Below are positions 45,524 to 55,643 of a stretch of 64,000 nucleotides of DNA, one piece after another. The position numbers and the translations under genes are program-made. Within the stretch, counting starts at the first letter, position 1. Each line of letters opens with the position of its first letter. The notes under the pieces are model-generated. The model made no database searches and was not told the DNA's origin. It saw nothing but the letters and a program-made list of their open reading frames with translations. This stretch comes from an uncultured Acidobacteriota bacterium (lineage in GTDB: Bacteria > Acidobacteriota > Vicinamibacteria > Vicinamibacterales > UBA2999). The DNA is taken from the NCBI GenBank assembly GCA_963814395.1, contig CAWFCS010000013.1, positions 860,799-924,798 of the forward strand. Direction: 5' to 3'.

Positions 45524-46313
45524 CTAGCGGGGTTGCGGCGCCTCGAGGCGGATGGTGCCGGTGACGACGTCGATGGACACGACGTGTTCGCCCGAGCCGA
45601 TCGTGGTCTCGCCCCAGCGCGGTCCCCAGCCCGCCTTCATCATCAGCGGGATCGTCGACTGAATCGAGCCGTTCAGCGCGAGCGCCAGCACCCGCGCATC
45701 GCGCGGCGCCTCGGCCAGCGCCAGTCTGACATCGCCATTGAAGGCGCGCAGGCGCAGCAGTCCACCCGGCACCAGATGCGCCCCGGTCACCACCACTGCG
45801 CCAATCGTGGTCTCGAGCCGCAGCACACCGGCCACGTCGCTGGCGGCGATCGGGCCCCGCTGCACGCTGGCGTCGAGCCGGCCGCGATATCCGCGGATAT
45901 CGAGGCCGCCTTCGATGACCGCCACGGCGCCGCGACTGGTGGCGGGCACGGTGACGGTGATCTCGGCGTGCACGGCGGGATCGAGCGCCCCCTCGGCCTG
46001 GCGCACGATCACCTCGGGCCCGCTCGCCGGCTCGCGCACCACGATCGGCAGACGGGTGAGCGGCACGCCCTCGGGTACCTGGCGGGTGATGTCGAAGCGC
46101 ACGTCGCGCCGCGCCGGCATCGGCCACGACTCGCACGCGCGCGAGATCGGCCGTGAGCGACCACGACTGGTCGTCGCCCACCACGAACGTGTGCGACTGG
46201 CGGTCGGTGACGGCGCGCGCCACGAGCGCGGGCCGGCCGGCGGCCACGAGCAGCACGCAGACCACGGCGGCTCCGAGCACAGGGCGCCTGAGGGCGCGCG
46301 TCGCGTGACGCAT
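45524..46313 (-). CDS. Secreted DUF4097-like beta-repeat protein, frameshifted
   Basis: Signal peptide; EGGLDI, TTIGAV, FNGDV, LNGSI, VTGTI repeats. Confidence 0.65.
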
Positions 46314-46355
46314 AGCGGGCATTATAATGAGCGCGGTTTCCGTCAGCCCTTCCGA

Positions 46356-47572
46356 GTGGTTCCCGTGCGCGCGCTCTGTGCCCTCCTGCTCGTCGCAAGC
46401 GTCCGCCCCGCGGCCGCCCAACCGCCCGACGAGACGCCACCCGGCAGCCGTCGCCGACCGCGTGTCGGTGGGCGGCGAGATCACGGCCACGCTCGGCTCC
46501 GACGACCCCGGCTTCTTCAACTACGCGACCTACGCCTACGATCCCTTGCGCAACGTGCGGGTCGTCGTGGACGCCTCGCTGCGCGCTTCGCGCCAGGTCG
46601 AAGTGCTCGGCGCAACTGCGCACCGACGGCATCTCGCACGCCCGTCTCACCGCGCTCTACGTGCGCGTGCGCCCGTGGCCGCACGCGCCCGATCGACCTC
46701 CAGGCCGGACGCGTGCCGACCACCTTCGGGATGTTCGGGCGCAGCGGCTACGGCAGCGACAATCCACTCGTCGGCCGGCCGCTCGCCTACGGCTATCTCA
46801 CTTCGCTCCGGCGCGATGCCCTGCCCGCCACCACCGCTGATCTGATCCGTATGCGCGGGCGCGGCTGGCTCGCCAGCTTCCCCATCGGCAATCCCGAGGC
46901 CGCCCGCGGCCTGCCGATCGTCGATGCCGACAGTTGGGATACGGGCGTGCAGGCGCGCATCGCGCGCGGCGCCGTGGAGTGGGTGGGGGCCATCACGCAG
47001 GGTTCCTTGGGCAGCCCGCGGCTGCACGACGACAACGGTGGGCGCGCGCTCGCCACACGCGTCGTGGTCCGCCCCACGGCCGCCGTCGGTACTCGGGCGG
47101 CTCGGCCTCGCGCGGGGCGTATCTGTCGCGAACGCTTGCCGGCGACGTCGCGGCCGATGTGACCATCGACGGATTCCGGCAGACCGCGGCGGGCGTCGAC
47201 GTGCTGGTGGCGGCCGGGCGCTGGACGTTGCGTGGTGAGCTGATCCAGAGCCGCTGGACGCTGCCCGCGACGCACGACCGGGCCCTGGCGGGAGGCGTGC
47301 GGGCCACGGCCGGTTGGCTCGAGGGCCGCCTGCGCGTCTTCCCGGGCGTCGATTTGGCGGCCCGAGCCGAGCGCCTGCGCTTCTCCGAGATCGCCACCCC
47401 CTCGGCGAGGCAGCCCTGGGACTCGCCGGTGTCGCGCCTCGAGGCCGGGGTCTCGGCCACGCCCGTGCGGCACGTGCGCGTGAAGTTCGCGGTGCAGCGC
47501 AACCGCCGGCCTCTGGGCGGACGCATCCGTCACGACACGTTGCTCGCCGCCCAGGCCGGAGTGTGGTTCTGA
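46356..47572 (+). CDS. Outer-membrane beta-barrel protein, frameshifted
   Basis: Signal; GFFNYATY, LQAGR.P..FG.F, NPLVG.PLAY.Y.T; C-terminal AGVWF. Confidence 0.75.
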
Positions 47573-47574
47573 CT

Positions 47575-48256
47575 ATGCGCAGCGCGCTCCTCGCGCTCGG
47601 TCTGGCCGCAGCGGTGACGTCGGCGTGGGTGGTGCCGCTCGTGGGCCGCGCCCAGCCCGCCCCGGCCGGCAGCATTCGCGGACGGCTCGACATCCGTCGC
47701 CTGGTCGCCCTGCCGCGGCCACGGCCCGGCGTCGCCGAGTTGGGGGGGCGCTTGCCGGTGGCGGTGCCCGACGCGCGGCGCGGACTCGTCTACCTCGACA
47801 GCGCACCGCGCAGCGCCTTCGACGATCGCGAACCCGGCCGCGCTGTGATGGATCAGCGCAACGAGACCTTCGTGCCCCGCTTGCTGGCGGTCACGACGGG
47901 CACGGCCGTGGAGTTTCCGAACAGCGACCTCACCTACCACAACGTGTTCTCGCTCTCGCGCGCGCGCCGCTTCGATCTCGGGCGCTACGCCGCCGGCAAG
48001 TCGAAGGCCGTGCGCTTCGACCGTCCGGGTATCGTCCGCGTGTTCTGCGACATCCACTCGCACATGTCGGCCTTCGTCGTCGTGTTCAACCATCCCTATT
48101 TCCGTGTCACCGACGTGGACGGCCGCTACCGCATCGACAACGTGCCGCCCGGCAGCTACACCATCGTCGGGCTGGTACGAGGGTGAGGCGCGCGTGCAAC
48201 GCACCATCACCGTGGCCCCGGGCGCGGCCACTGAACTCGACCTGGTGGTGCCGTGA
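47575..48256 (+). CDS. Secreted type-1 cupredoxin + carboxypeptidase-regulatory-like domain protein, frameshifted near 48170
   Basis: DQRNETFVP, FPNSD..YHNVFS, VFCDIHSHMSA (H...C-x2-H-x2-M), TD.DGRY.I..VPPGSY. Confidence 0.85.
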
Positions 48257-50022
48257 TTCCCGGCCTGGGCTCGCTGCGCAGCCGCATCTTCCTCGCCAGC
48301 ACGCTGCTCGCCACGGCCTCGATTGGCTCGGCGCTCTACTTCGTGAGCGCGCTGCTCACGCAGCAGGTCGAGGCCGAACTGCAACGCGACCTCACCGAAG
48401 CAGCCGGTCTGGTCGACCAGCAGAGCGAGACGCTCTTCGAGACGGTCACCCGCACCGCTGTGTTGATTGCCGACCTGCCCAAGTTCAAGGCGGCGCTCGA
48501 AACCCGCGACCCGCCCACCATCGAACCCATCGCCCGCGACTATCTGCAGCAGGTCGGCGCCGACCTCGTCGTGGTCAACGACCGCGACGGCCGGCGCCTG
48601 GCCGTGGTGAGTGCGCCCGCGCAGCGCGACGATCTGACCGGCGCGGCGCTCGATCTCGGCGCCGCCACGAGCCAGGCGCCCGGCGAGGATTTCTGGCCGT
48701 ATCCAGGCGGGGTGCTGCAGGTCGTGACCGTAGCCGTGACCATCGACCTCGAGCGGCCGGAACTGCTCGGCACGCTCTCGATGGGCTACCTGCTCGACGC
48801 CGCGCGGGCCACCGACCTCAAAGGCCTGACCGGAGCCGACGTGGCGTTTGCGTTTGCCGGCGCGGTGCGTGCGTCGTCGTTCCCACTGGATCTGTTGCCC
48901 GCCGTGACGGCGTGGTTCAAGGCCGAGCCTCACGCGCCGGTCGTGCCGGTGGGCACCGAGCAGTATTCCGCGCTCGCCCGGCCGCTAGCCCGGGCCGGCC
49001 GCGCGCCGGCGCGCGACGGCCTCGTGCCCCATGCCATCGTGTTGCGCTCGCGCACCGAGCGGATGCGCACGCTGGGCACGATTCGCGCGGCCCTCGCCGG
49101 CGTGGCGCTGGCCACGGTGGGTCTGGCGGCGCTCCTCAGCTACGCGATTGCCCGCACCGTGACCAAGCCCCTCGCCACGATCACCGCGCACATGCGCGAG
49201 GTGGCCGCCACCGGCGACCTCACGCGCACCGTGGCACTGCCGAGCACGGCCTGGAACGACGAGGACGCCGTGCTGCTGGCCTCGACCTTCAACGTGCTCA
49301 CCGAGTCGGTCACGACCGCGCAGCGCGATGCCGTGCAGCGCGAACGCCTCTCGGCGCTCGGCCGCCTGTCGACGGTGATCGCCCATGAGATCCGCAACCC
49401 GCTGATGATCATCAAGGGCGCGCTGCGCCAGCTCGCGCGGCCCGAGGTGACGCCCGCCGACACCCGCGACGCCGCGGCCGACATCAACGGCGAGGTCGAC
49501 CGGCTGAACCGCGTGGTCAACGAGGTGCTCGACTTCGCCCGGCCGATCCGCTTCGATTGCGTGCCGGCGTCGATCAACGACGTGTGCCGGTCGGCCCGCG
49601 ACGCAGTGCTGGCGGCCACGCCGGTGCCCGACGTGGGCCTGGCCCTCGACCCGCACTGCGGCCACCTCACGACCGACGCCGAGCGGCTGCGCACGGTGCT
49701 CGTGAACCTGCTCACGAACGCTCGTGCCGCCGTGGAAGGGCGCCCGGCCGGCGACGGCCCCGTAGTCGTGCTGGGCACGCGGCGGGCCGGTGCGCAGGTC
49801 GTGATCACGGTGCGCGACCGCGGGGTCGGGATTCCGGCCGACGACCTGGGCCGGGTGTTCGATCCATACTTCACCACGCGCCGCACGGGCAGCGGGCTCG
49901 GCCTGGCGATCAGCAAGAACGTGGTCGAGGGCCTCGGCGGTACCATCACGGTGTCGAGCGACGTGGGCTCCGGCACCGAGATCCGGGTCGTGCTGGGCGA
50001 CTCGCCCCTGGGACGCGTCTGA
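48253..50022 (+). CDS. Sensor histidine kinase (periplasmic Cache-like domain, HAMP)
   Basis: Two TMs; AHEIRNPL, NLLTNA, DRGVGI, FDPYFTT, GSGLGL. Confidence 0.95.
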   Translation: MIPGLGSLRSRIFLASTLLATASIGSALYFVSALLTQQVEAELQRDLTEAAGLVDQQSETLFETVTRTAVLIADLPKFKAALETRDPPTIEPIARDYLQQVGADLVVVNDRDGRRLAVVSAPAQRDDLTGAALDLGAATSQAPGEDFWPYPGGVLQVVTVAVTIDLERPELLGTLSMGYLLDAARATDLKGLTGADVAFAFAGAVRASSFPLDLLPAVTAWFKAEPHAPVVPVGTEQYSALARPLARAGRAPARDGLVPHAIVLRSRTERMRTLGTIRAALAGVALATVGLAALLSYAIARTVTKPLATITAHMREVAATGDLTRTVALPSTAWNDEDAVLLASTFNVLTESVTTAQRDAVQRERLSALGRLSTVIAHEIRNPLMIIKGALRQLARPEVTPADTRDAAADINGEVDRLNRVVNEVLDFARPIRFDCVPASINDVCRSARDAVLAATPVPDVGLALDPHCGHLTTDAERLRTVLVNLLTNARAAVEGRPAGDGPVVVLGTRRAGAQVVITVRDRGVGIPADDLGRVFDPYFTTRRTGSGLGLAISKNVVEGLGGTITVSSDVGSGTEIRVVLGDSPLGRV

Positions 50023-50024
50023 CG

Positions 50025-51389
50025 ATGACACCAACCGGCCGTGTGCTCCTCGTCGATGACGAGGAGAAGATTCTGAAGACCCTGGGCCGCGCCCTGCGCG
50101 ACGAGGGGCACCTCGTGACGACCGCGTCGCGCGCCCTCGACGGCCAGCGCCTGCTCGTGGAGCAGTCGTTCGACCTGCTGATCATCGACTACCGCATGCC
50201 CGACCGCTCCGGCATGGACGTGGTGAAGGAGCTGGTGGCGGCCACGCCCGATGGCGAGCGCCCAGCGGTGGTCATGATGACCGCCCATGGCAGCGTGGAG
50301 AGCGCCGTCGAGGCGATGAAACTCGGCGCCCACGACTACCTGCAGAAGCCCTTCGAGATCGACGAACTGCTGCTCACGGCCCGGCGCGCACTGGCCGCGC
50401 AACGCGCGCGCACCGAGCTCAGCTACCTGCGCAGCGAACGCGATGCCGACTTCGACCACTACGGCATCGTCGGCCGCAGCAAGGTGATGATCGACATCTC
50501 CCGGCGCATCGAGCTCGTGGCCCAGTCGCGCAGCACGGTGTTGCTCACGGGCGAGACCGGCACGGGCAAGGAACTGGTGGCCCGCGCCATCCACGACCGC
50601 AGCCTGCAGCGGCATCTGCCGCTCATCAAGGTGAACTGCGCGGCCATTCCCGACACGCTCATCGAGTCGGAGCTGTTCGGCCACGCGCGCGGCGCCTTCA
50701 CCGGCGCGCAGTCGGCCAAGAAGGGCCGCTTCGCGCTGGCCGACGGCGGCACGATCTTCCTCGACGAGATCGCCACCCTCGGCCTGCCGGTGCAGTCGAA
50801 GCTGCTGCGCGTGCTGCAGGAGCGCGAGTTCGAGCCGCTCGGCAGCGAGCGCACCGAACGGGTCGACGTGCGGGTGATCGCCGCGACCAACCGCGACCTG
50901 CGAGCCATGGCCAACGAAGGCCGGTTCCAGGAAGACCTCTACTACCGTCTGCACGTCATCCCGATCGACTTGCCGCCCCTGCGCCAACGGCTCGACGACC
51001 TGCCGGCGCTCGTCGACCACTTCGTGCAGAAGTTCTCACAGCGGCTGGGCAAGCGCATCACCGGCGTGGACGACACCGCCATGGCGGAACTGCGGCGGTA
51101 TCACTGGCCGGGCAACATCCGCGAACTCGAGAACACCATCGAACGCGCCGTCGTGCTCACGACCGGCCCGCGGCTCACGCCCGACACGGTGTGGGTGATG
51201 GGCGCGGCGACCGCGCCCACCACGGGCCTGCCGTCCCTGCGTCTGCATCAGAACGTGGAATGGGTGGAGCGCGAGACCATCCGGCGGGCGCTCGAGCAGT
51301 CGCGGGGCGTGAAGAAGGACGCGGCCGAGCTCATGGGCCTCAGTCAGCGGGCCCTCAGCCACTACCTGTCGAAGCATCGCATCGACTGA
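50025..51389 (+). CDS. Sigma54-dependent response regulator (NtrC/AtoC family)
   Basis: REC domain; [34 protein letters not shown]; Fis-type HTH. Confidence 0.96.
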   Translation: MTPTGRVLLVDDEEKILKTLGRALRDEGHLVTTASRALDGQRLLVEQSFDLLIIDYRMPDRSGMDVVKELVAATPDGERPAVVMMTAHGSVESAVEAMKLGAHDYLQKPFEIDELLLTARRALAAQRARTELSYLRSERDADFDHYGIVGRSKVMIDISRRIELVAQSRSTVLLTGETGTGKELVARAIHDRSLQRHLPLIKVNCAAIPDTLIESELFGHARGAFTGAQSAKKGRFALADGGTIFLDEIATLGLPVQSKLLRVLQEREFEPLGSERTERVDVRVIAATNRDLRAMANEGRFQEDLYYRLHVIPIDLPPLRQRLDDLPALVDHFVQKFSQRLGKRITGVDDTAMAELRRYHWPGNIRELENTIERAVVLTTGPRLTPDTVWVMGAATAPTTGLPSLRLHQNVEWVERETIRRALEQSRGVKKDAAELMGLSQRALSHYLSKHRID

Positions 51390-51395
51390 CGTCGC

Positions 51396-51429
51396 TTACG
51401 GCCGGGGTAAGTGATTACGTCCCACGTAA
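51396..51429. promoter_or_regulatory. Tandem TTAC-N7-GTAA palindromes (candidate enhancer/UAS)
   Basis: TTACggccgggGTAA (51396-51410) and TTACgtcccacGTAA (51415-51429). Confidence 0.65.
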
Positions 51430-51502
51430 TCCAGTCGTGTGGATGCGACGCCCGGTCACGCGAAAACCTCAGCAGATCGTCAGCTCGCGCCGCGCGCCCA
51501 CA

Positions 51503-51518
51503 CGGCATCCCGCTTGCA
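51503..51518 (+). promoter_or_regulatory. Sigma54 -24/-12 promoter
   Basis: CGGCATCCCGCTTGCA: GG (51504-5), N10, GC (51516-7), with TTGCA, about 45 bp before ATG 51564. Confidence 0.8.
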
Positions 51519-51563
51519 GTTGTGGACACCGTCTAGATACGCCGGGCGGCCGGCACGAATACG

Positions 51564-51986
51564 ATGAGATTCCTGCGAACCCTGTTGGTGTTCGTCACTG
51601 TTGCCGTGGCGGGGATGGCGCTCCTCCCTGAAGCGTTGGCATACGTCAACGCGGGGAAGGACCCCGCCACGGCATACGCGCCCCTCTCCCCTTCCACCGT
51701 GAAGACGTTCGAAGTCGTGGCCAAACGGTTCGCCTTCGAGCCCGCTGTCATCGACGTGACCCAGGGCGACCGCGTGCGCCTGCTCGTCACGTCGGCCGAC
51801 GGCGTGCACGGCGTGGGCATCCGCGCGCTCAAGATCAACACCTTCGTGCCACGCGGCGGCAAGACCGTCACCATCGAGTTCACGGCCACGGAGGCCGGCA
51901 CCTTCCCCATCGTCTGTTCGGAAGCCTGCGGCGACGGTCACGCGGACATGCGTGGATCGCTCGTTGTCACGGCCGCCGGCCAATAG
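51564..51986 (+). CDS. Stand-alone secreted CuA-type cupredoxin (COX2 C-terminal-like)
   Basis: TSADGVHG...CSEACGDGHADM = H...CxExCGxxHxxM. Confidence 0.9.
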   Translation: MRFLRTLLVFVTVAVAGMALLPEALAYVNAGKDPATAYAPLSPSTVKTFEVVAKRFAFEPAVIDVTQGDRVRLLVTSADGVHGVGIRALKINTFVPRGGKTVTIEFTATEAGTFPIVCSEACGDGHADMRGSLVVTAAGQ

Positions 51987-52009
51987 CTCACCCCAGATTC
52001 GAGACACCC

Positions 52010-52459
52010 ATGCGACAACTGCGCCTGCTAGCGTGTGTACTGCCCCTGACGGCCCTTCTCTCCGGCTGCGACGAACAGTTGTCGGATCTCACTGGCCCGA
52101 CGCCCAATCTGCAACCGACCTTCGCCAGCATCCAACGCGAAATCTTCAACACGCAGGACGCCTCGGGACGGCTGGCGTGCACGCAGTGCCATGTGGCCGG
52201 CGGCGCCGCCGCAGGCACCGGACTCTTCCTCACCGACGCAACCTCATACGCCGCACTGGTCGGCGCACAGAGCCGCCTGCGGCCGGGCGAGACGCTCGTC
52301 ATCCCCGGCGATCCGGACAATAGTTATCTCGTGCGCAAACTCGAAGGCGGACCGAACATCAACGGGCTCCGCATGCCTCGCAACACGGGACCGTTCCTGA
52401 CCCAGGGGCAGATGCTGGTCATCCGCCGCTGGATCACGGCAGGCGCTGCCAACAACTAG
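52010..52459 (+). CDS. Monoheme c-type cytochrome lipoprotein
   Basis: Lipobox LLSGC; CTQCH; VIPGDPDNSYL..KL; RMP distal Met; WI..GA. Confidence 0.88.
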   Translation: MRQLRLLACVLPLTALLSGCDEQLSDLTGPTPNLQPTFASIQREIFNTQDASGRLACTQCHVAGGAAAGTGLFLTDATSYAALVGAQSRLRPGETLVIPGDPDNSYLVRKLEGGPNINGLRMPRNTGPFLTQGQMLVIRRWITAGAANN

Positions 52460-52495
52460 GCTGCGCGCCCAGACTTTTCTTGACAGGAGCCTACC

Positions 52496-53440
52496 GTGAC
52501 CTCAATTCTCTCGACTGCCACCCTGGCGCTGGCGCTGCTCGTCGGCGCCGCCCACACCAGCACCGCTGCGCCGCAGAACAACGCCCAGGCCTCGCCGACG
52601 CAGACCGGAGGCCCGGCGCCCAATCCCGCCGAGACCACCCCTTCGGAGGCTGCCGCCGAGGCCACTGCCGCCAAGGCCGCCGCGACCGCCGCCGAACAGG
52701 AGGATGACCCGGATACCGACGTGAACCGGGCGCAGCCCGACTTCACCATCGTGGGCCTGCCGACCACGCTGCGTCTGCCGCGCCACAAGAGTGCCTTCCG
52801 CATCACCCACCGCTTCGGCCGTCCCCTGGGCGAAGGCAGCCTCGGCAGTCTGGCCGAAGACTTCTTCGGCTTCGACGGCGGCGGCGTGATCGGCTTCGAG
52901 TACCGCTACGGCCTGTTCAAGGCCACGCAGATTGCCGTGCACCGCACCAACAACCGCACCATTCAGTTCCTGCTGCAGCGCCAGGTCAAGGGCCAGGACG
53001 GCACGTTTCCGCTGTCGATCGACGTCTTCGGCAGCGTCGAAGGCACCAACAACTTCAAGGACAGCTACTCGCCCGGCCTCGGGGTCATCGTGTCGCGTGA
53101 GGTCACCGATCGCGCCGCAATCTACGCGCAGCCGTTCTGGGTGAACAACACCAACCCGCTACCGACCGAACTCGTCGACGACAACAACTCGCTCATGCTG
53201 GGCCTGGGCGCCCGCGTGCGGCTCACGGCGGGGGTCTACGGCGTGGTCGAGGTGACGCCGCGGGTCAACGGCTACGACCCGGGCAACCACCAGATGAGTT
53301 TCGGCATCGAGAAGCGGGCCGGCGGCCACAGCTTCCAGGTGAACTTCAGCAACGCCTTCGGCACCACGTTCGGGCAGATGGCGCGTGGCGGCAACGACGA
53401 CTGGTACATCGGCTTCAACCTGTCGCGCAAGTTCTACTGA
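52496..53440 (+). CDS. DUF5777-like outer-membrane beta-barrel
   Basis: Signal; FRITHRFG, FFGFDG, GFEYRYG, GIEKRAGGHSFQVNFSN, IGFNLSRKFY. Confidence 0.85.
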   Translation: MTSILSTATLALALLVGAAHTSTAAPQNNAQASPTQTGGPAPNPAETTPSEAAAEATAAKAAATAAEQEDDPDTDVNRAQPDFTIVGLPTTLRLPRHKSAFRITHRFGRPLGEGSLGSLAEDFFGFDGGGVIGFEYRYGLFKATQIAVHRTNNRTIQFLLQRQVKGQDGTFPLSIDVFGSVEGTNNFKDSYSPGLGVIVSREVTDRAAIYAQPFWVNNTNPLPTELVDDNNSLMLGLGARVRLTAGVYGVVEVTPRVNGYDPGNHQMSFGIEKRAGGHSFQVNFSNAFGTTFGQMARGGNDDWYIGFNLSRKFY

Positions 53441-53500
53441 CGGCCCCCTGTAACCTGGCGCGGCGTCGCGACGGTCTACACTGGAGCAGGAGCCCTGATC

Positions 53501-53947
53501 ATGCGACGTCTACTCTCGCTCTCGGTGGTCGGCGCGGCGCTGGCCGTTGCCATGGCGTGCGGCGGCGGGGGCGGCAGCAGCCCGACGGCGCCCAGCGGGG
53601 GCGGCGGCACGGGCGGCACGGGCGGCACGGGCGGCGGCACGGGGGGGGCGACGGCCTCGGCCACAATCACCATCGGCGCGAACGGCGTGGCCAGTCCGAG
53701 CACCGTCACGATCACCCAGGGCGGCCGCGTGACCTTCGTGAACAACGACTCGCGCAGCCACGACATGTCGTCGGATCCGCATCCCAGCCACGAAGACTGC
53801 CCGCCCATCGACCAAGTGGGCTTCCTGCAGGCCGGACAGTCGAAGACCAGCGGCAACCTGAACACCGTCCGGGTGTGCGGCTTCCACGACCACAACCTGC
53901 CGACCTCGGCCGGTCTGCAGGGCCGCATCACGGTCGTGGCGCAGTAG
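53501..53947 (+). CDS. Cupredoxin-fold lipoprotein with Gly/Thr linker and His-rich site
   Basis: Lipobox-like AMAC; PSTVTI..G.RVTFVN.D..SH; DPHPSHEDC; CGFHDH; G.I.V. Confidence 0.8.
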   Translation: MRRLLSLSVVGAALAVAMACGGGGGSSPTAPSGGGGTGGTGGTGGGTGGATASATITIGANGVASPSTVTITQGGRVTFVNNDSRSHDMSSDPHPSHEDCPPIDQVGFLQAGQSKTSGNLNTVRVCGFHDHNLPTSAGLQGRITVVAQ

Positions 53948-53956
53948 TCGTTCCGC

Positions 53957-54812
53957 TCAGTAGTCGAACACGCCGTGGCCCACCTTGCGGCCGAGGCGTC
54001 CGGCGGCCACGTGCTGCTCCAGCAGCGGGCACGGCCGGAACTTCTCGCCGAGCGTGCGGTGCAGGTACTGCAGGATGCTGAGGCGGGTGTCGAGGCCTAC
54101 GAGGTCCACGAGTTCGAACGGCCCCATCGGGTGATTGAGCCCGAGCTTGAGCGCCTTGTCGATGTCGCGGGCCGAGGCCACGCCGTCCTGCAGCATGTAG
54201 AAGGCTTCGTTGCCGATCAGCGCGTTGATGCGGCTGGTGATGAAGCCGGGTGACTCCTTGATGAGCACCGTCTCCTTCCCCATCGCCGTGGCCACCTCGA
54301 TCATCGTCCGCACGGTGTCGTCGGTGGTCTCGAGCGCCCGCACGACCTCGACCAGCTTCATCTTCTGCACGGGATTGAAGAAGTGCATCCCGCCCATGCG
54401 GCCAGGGTGATCGAGCACTGCGGCCATCTCGGAGATGCTGAGGGCCGAGGTGTTGCGACGCGATCACGGCATCGGCAGCGGCGTGGGCCTGCACCTCGGC
54501 CAGCAGCGTGAGCTTGAGGTCGAGCCTCTCTGGTGCGGCCTCGATCACCACGCCGGCGCCGCGCACGGCCTCGGCGACGGAAGTCGTCGTCGTGAGGAAC
54601 CCCATCAGCACGTCGGCGTGGTCCGCGGTGTCCTTGCCGAGTTCCACGCTTCTGGCAAAGACGGCGCGTATGACCGCGACGGCCTTCTGCAGCGCCACCT
54701 CGGTGACGTCGTAGAGGCGCGTGCGATAGCCGGCCGTGAGGGCCGCATGGGCGATGCCGTGGCCCATCGTGCCGGCGCCGAGCACCGCCAGCGGCCGACC
54801 GTCGTGTGTCAT
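53957..54812 (-). CDS. 3-hydroxyacyl-CoA dehydrogenase (PaaH/Hbd-like), frameshifted near 54455
   Basis: VLGAGTMGHGIA, IEAAPE.L.LK, NTS, GMHFFNP, HPMGPFEL.DLVGLD. Confidence 0.95.
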
Positions 54813-54836
54813 GCGGCGGCGAGCTTATCCCACTTC

Positions 54837-54848
54837 GAACGGTCGTTC
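54837..54848. promoter_or_regulatory. Palindrome GAACG-N2-CGTTC, candidate TetR operator
   Basis: Lies between divergent dehydrogenase and TetR genes. Confidence 0.5.
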
Positions 54849-54898
54849 AACGCTGTGCTAGAGTGTCGGCGCCGGCGCGGGCCGGTCGGTTCGGTCCG

Positions 54899-55492
54899 AT
54901 GCCACCCGTCGCCCATACCCTGGCCAGTGCCGACCGGCGCCTCGACATCCTGAAGAGCGCCGCCGCCGCCTTCCGGCGGCGCGGCTACCACGGCGCCAGC
55001 GTGAACGAGATCGCCAGCGCGCTGGCGATGACGAAGGGGAATCTCTACTACTACTTCCGCAACAAGGAAGAGATCCTCTTGGCCTGCCACGACTACTCAC
55101 TCGATGTGCTGCTCGCGCTGTTGCAGCACGTGCAGACCGACACGTCCGCGCCAGACGTGACGCTGCGCGCGCTCGTGCGGGCCCTCGTTCCCCTCATCCT
55201 CGATGAGCTGCAAGGCGCGGCGCTCACCCTGGACCCGCGCGCCCTCTCGCCTCCCCTGCGTCGCCGGGTGATCGCCCGCCGGGATCTGTTCGACGGCGGC
55301 CTGCGCGCGATCATCCAGAACGGCATGGACCAGGGTGTCTTCGCGGCCGGCAACGCCACTATGGTGGGGTGTGCCGTGTTGGGCGCCGTGCACGGGACCA
55401 GCACGTGGTTCGATCCGGCCGGGGCGATGACCCCCGACCAGATCGGGTGCACGTTGGCCGATTATCTCATCGGAGGCTTGCGCGGACAGTGA
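54899..55492 (+). CDS. TetR/AcrR family regulator (PaaR/KstR2-like)
   Basis: IL.SAA..F...GYHGASV.EIA..L.MTKGNLYYYF.NKEEIL; WF.P.G. Confidence 0.9.
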   Translation: MPPVAHTLASADRRLDILKSAAAAFRRRGYHGASVNEIASALAMTKGNLYYYFRNKEEILLACHDYSLDVLLALLQHVQTDTSAPDVTLRALVRALVPLILDELQGAALTLDPRALSPPLRRRVIARRDLFDGGLRAIIQNGMDQGVFAAGNATMVGCAVLGAVHGTSTWFDPAGAMTPDQIGCTLADYLIGGLRGQ

Positions 55493-55544
55493 CTGACCTT
55501 ACGTCCGTGTCGGCGAAAGATGCGAACGTCGAGACCGGCCCGCA

Positions 55545-55634
55545 AGATCAACCGATCGGTCGCCACATCCAAAAATCATCAGATCTATGCCTCTAGATCA
55601 TCCGATCACAAGATCACCAGATCACGCGATAACA
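55545..55634. repeat. Octamer-periodic GATC repeat
   Basis: GATC at 55546, 55554, 55582, 55596, 55604, 55612, 55620 (GATA at 55628). Confidence 0.75.
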
Positions 55635-55643
55635 TATCTCTCA

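Noticed and set aside
53565..53655. GGCGGCACG repeats as a DNA element
   Set aside because: They encode the Gly/Thr linker of the lipoprotein; the same holds for the Gly-rich tails at 10400-10525 and 25870-25965.
55545..55640. Replication origin (GATC cluster)
   Set aside because: No DnaA-box cluster, no long AT-rich unwinding element, and no dnaA/dnaN/gidA context.
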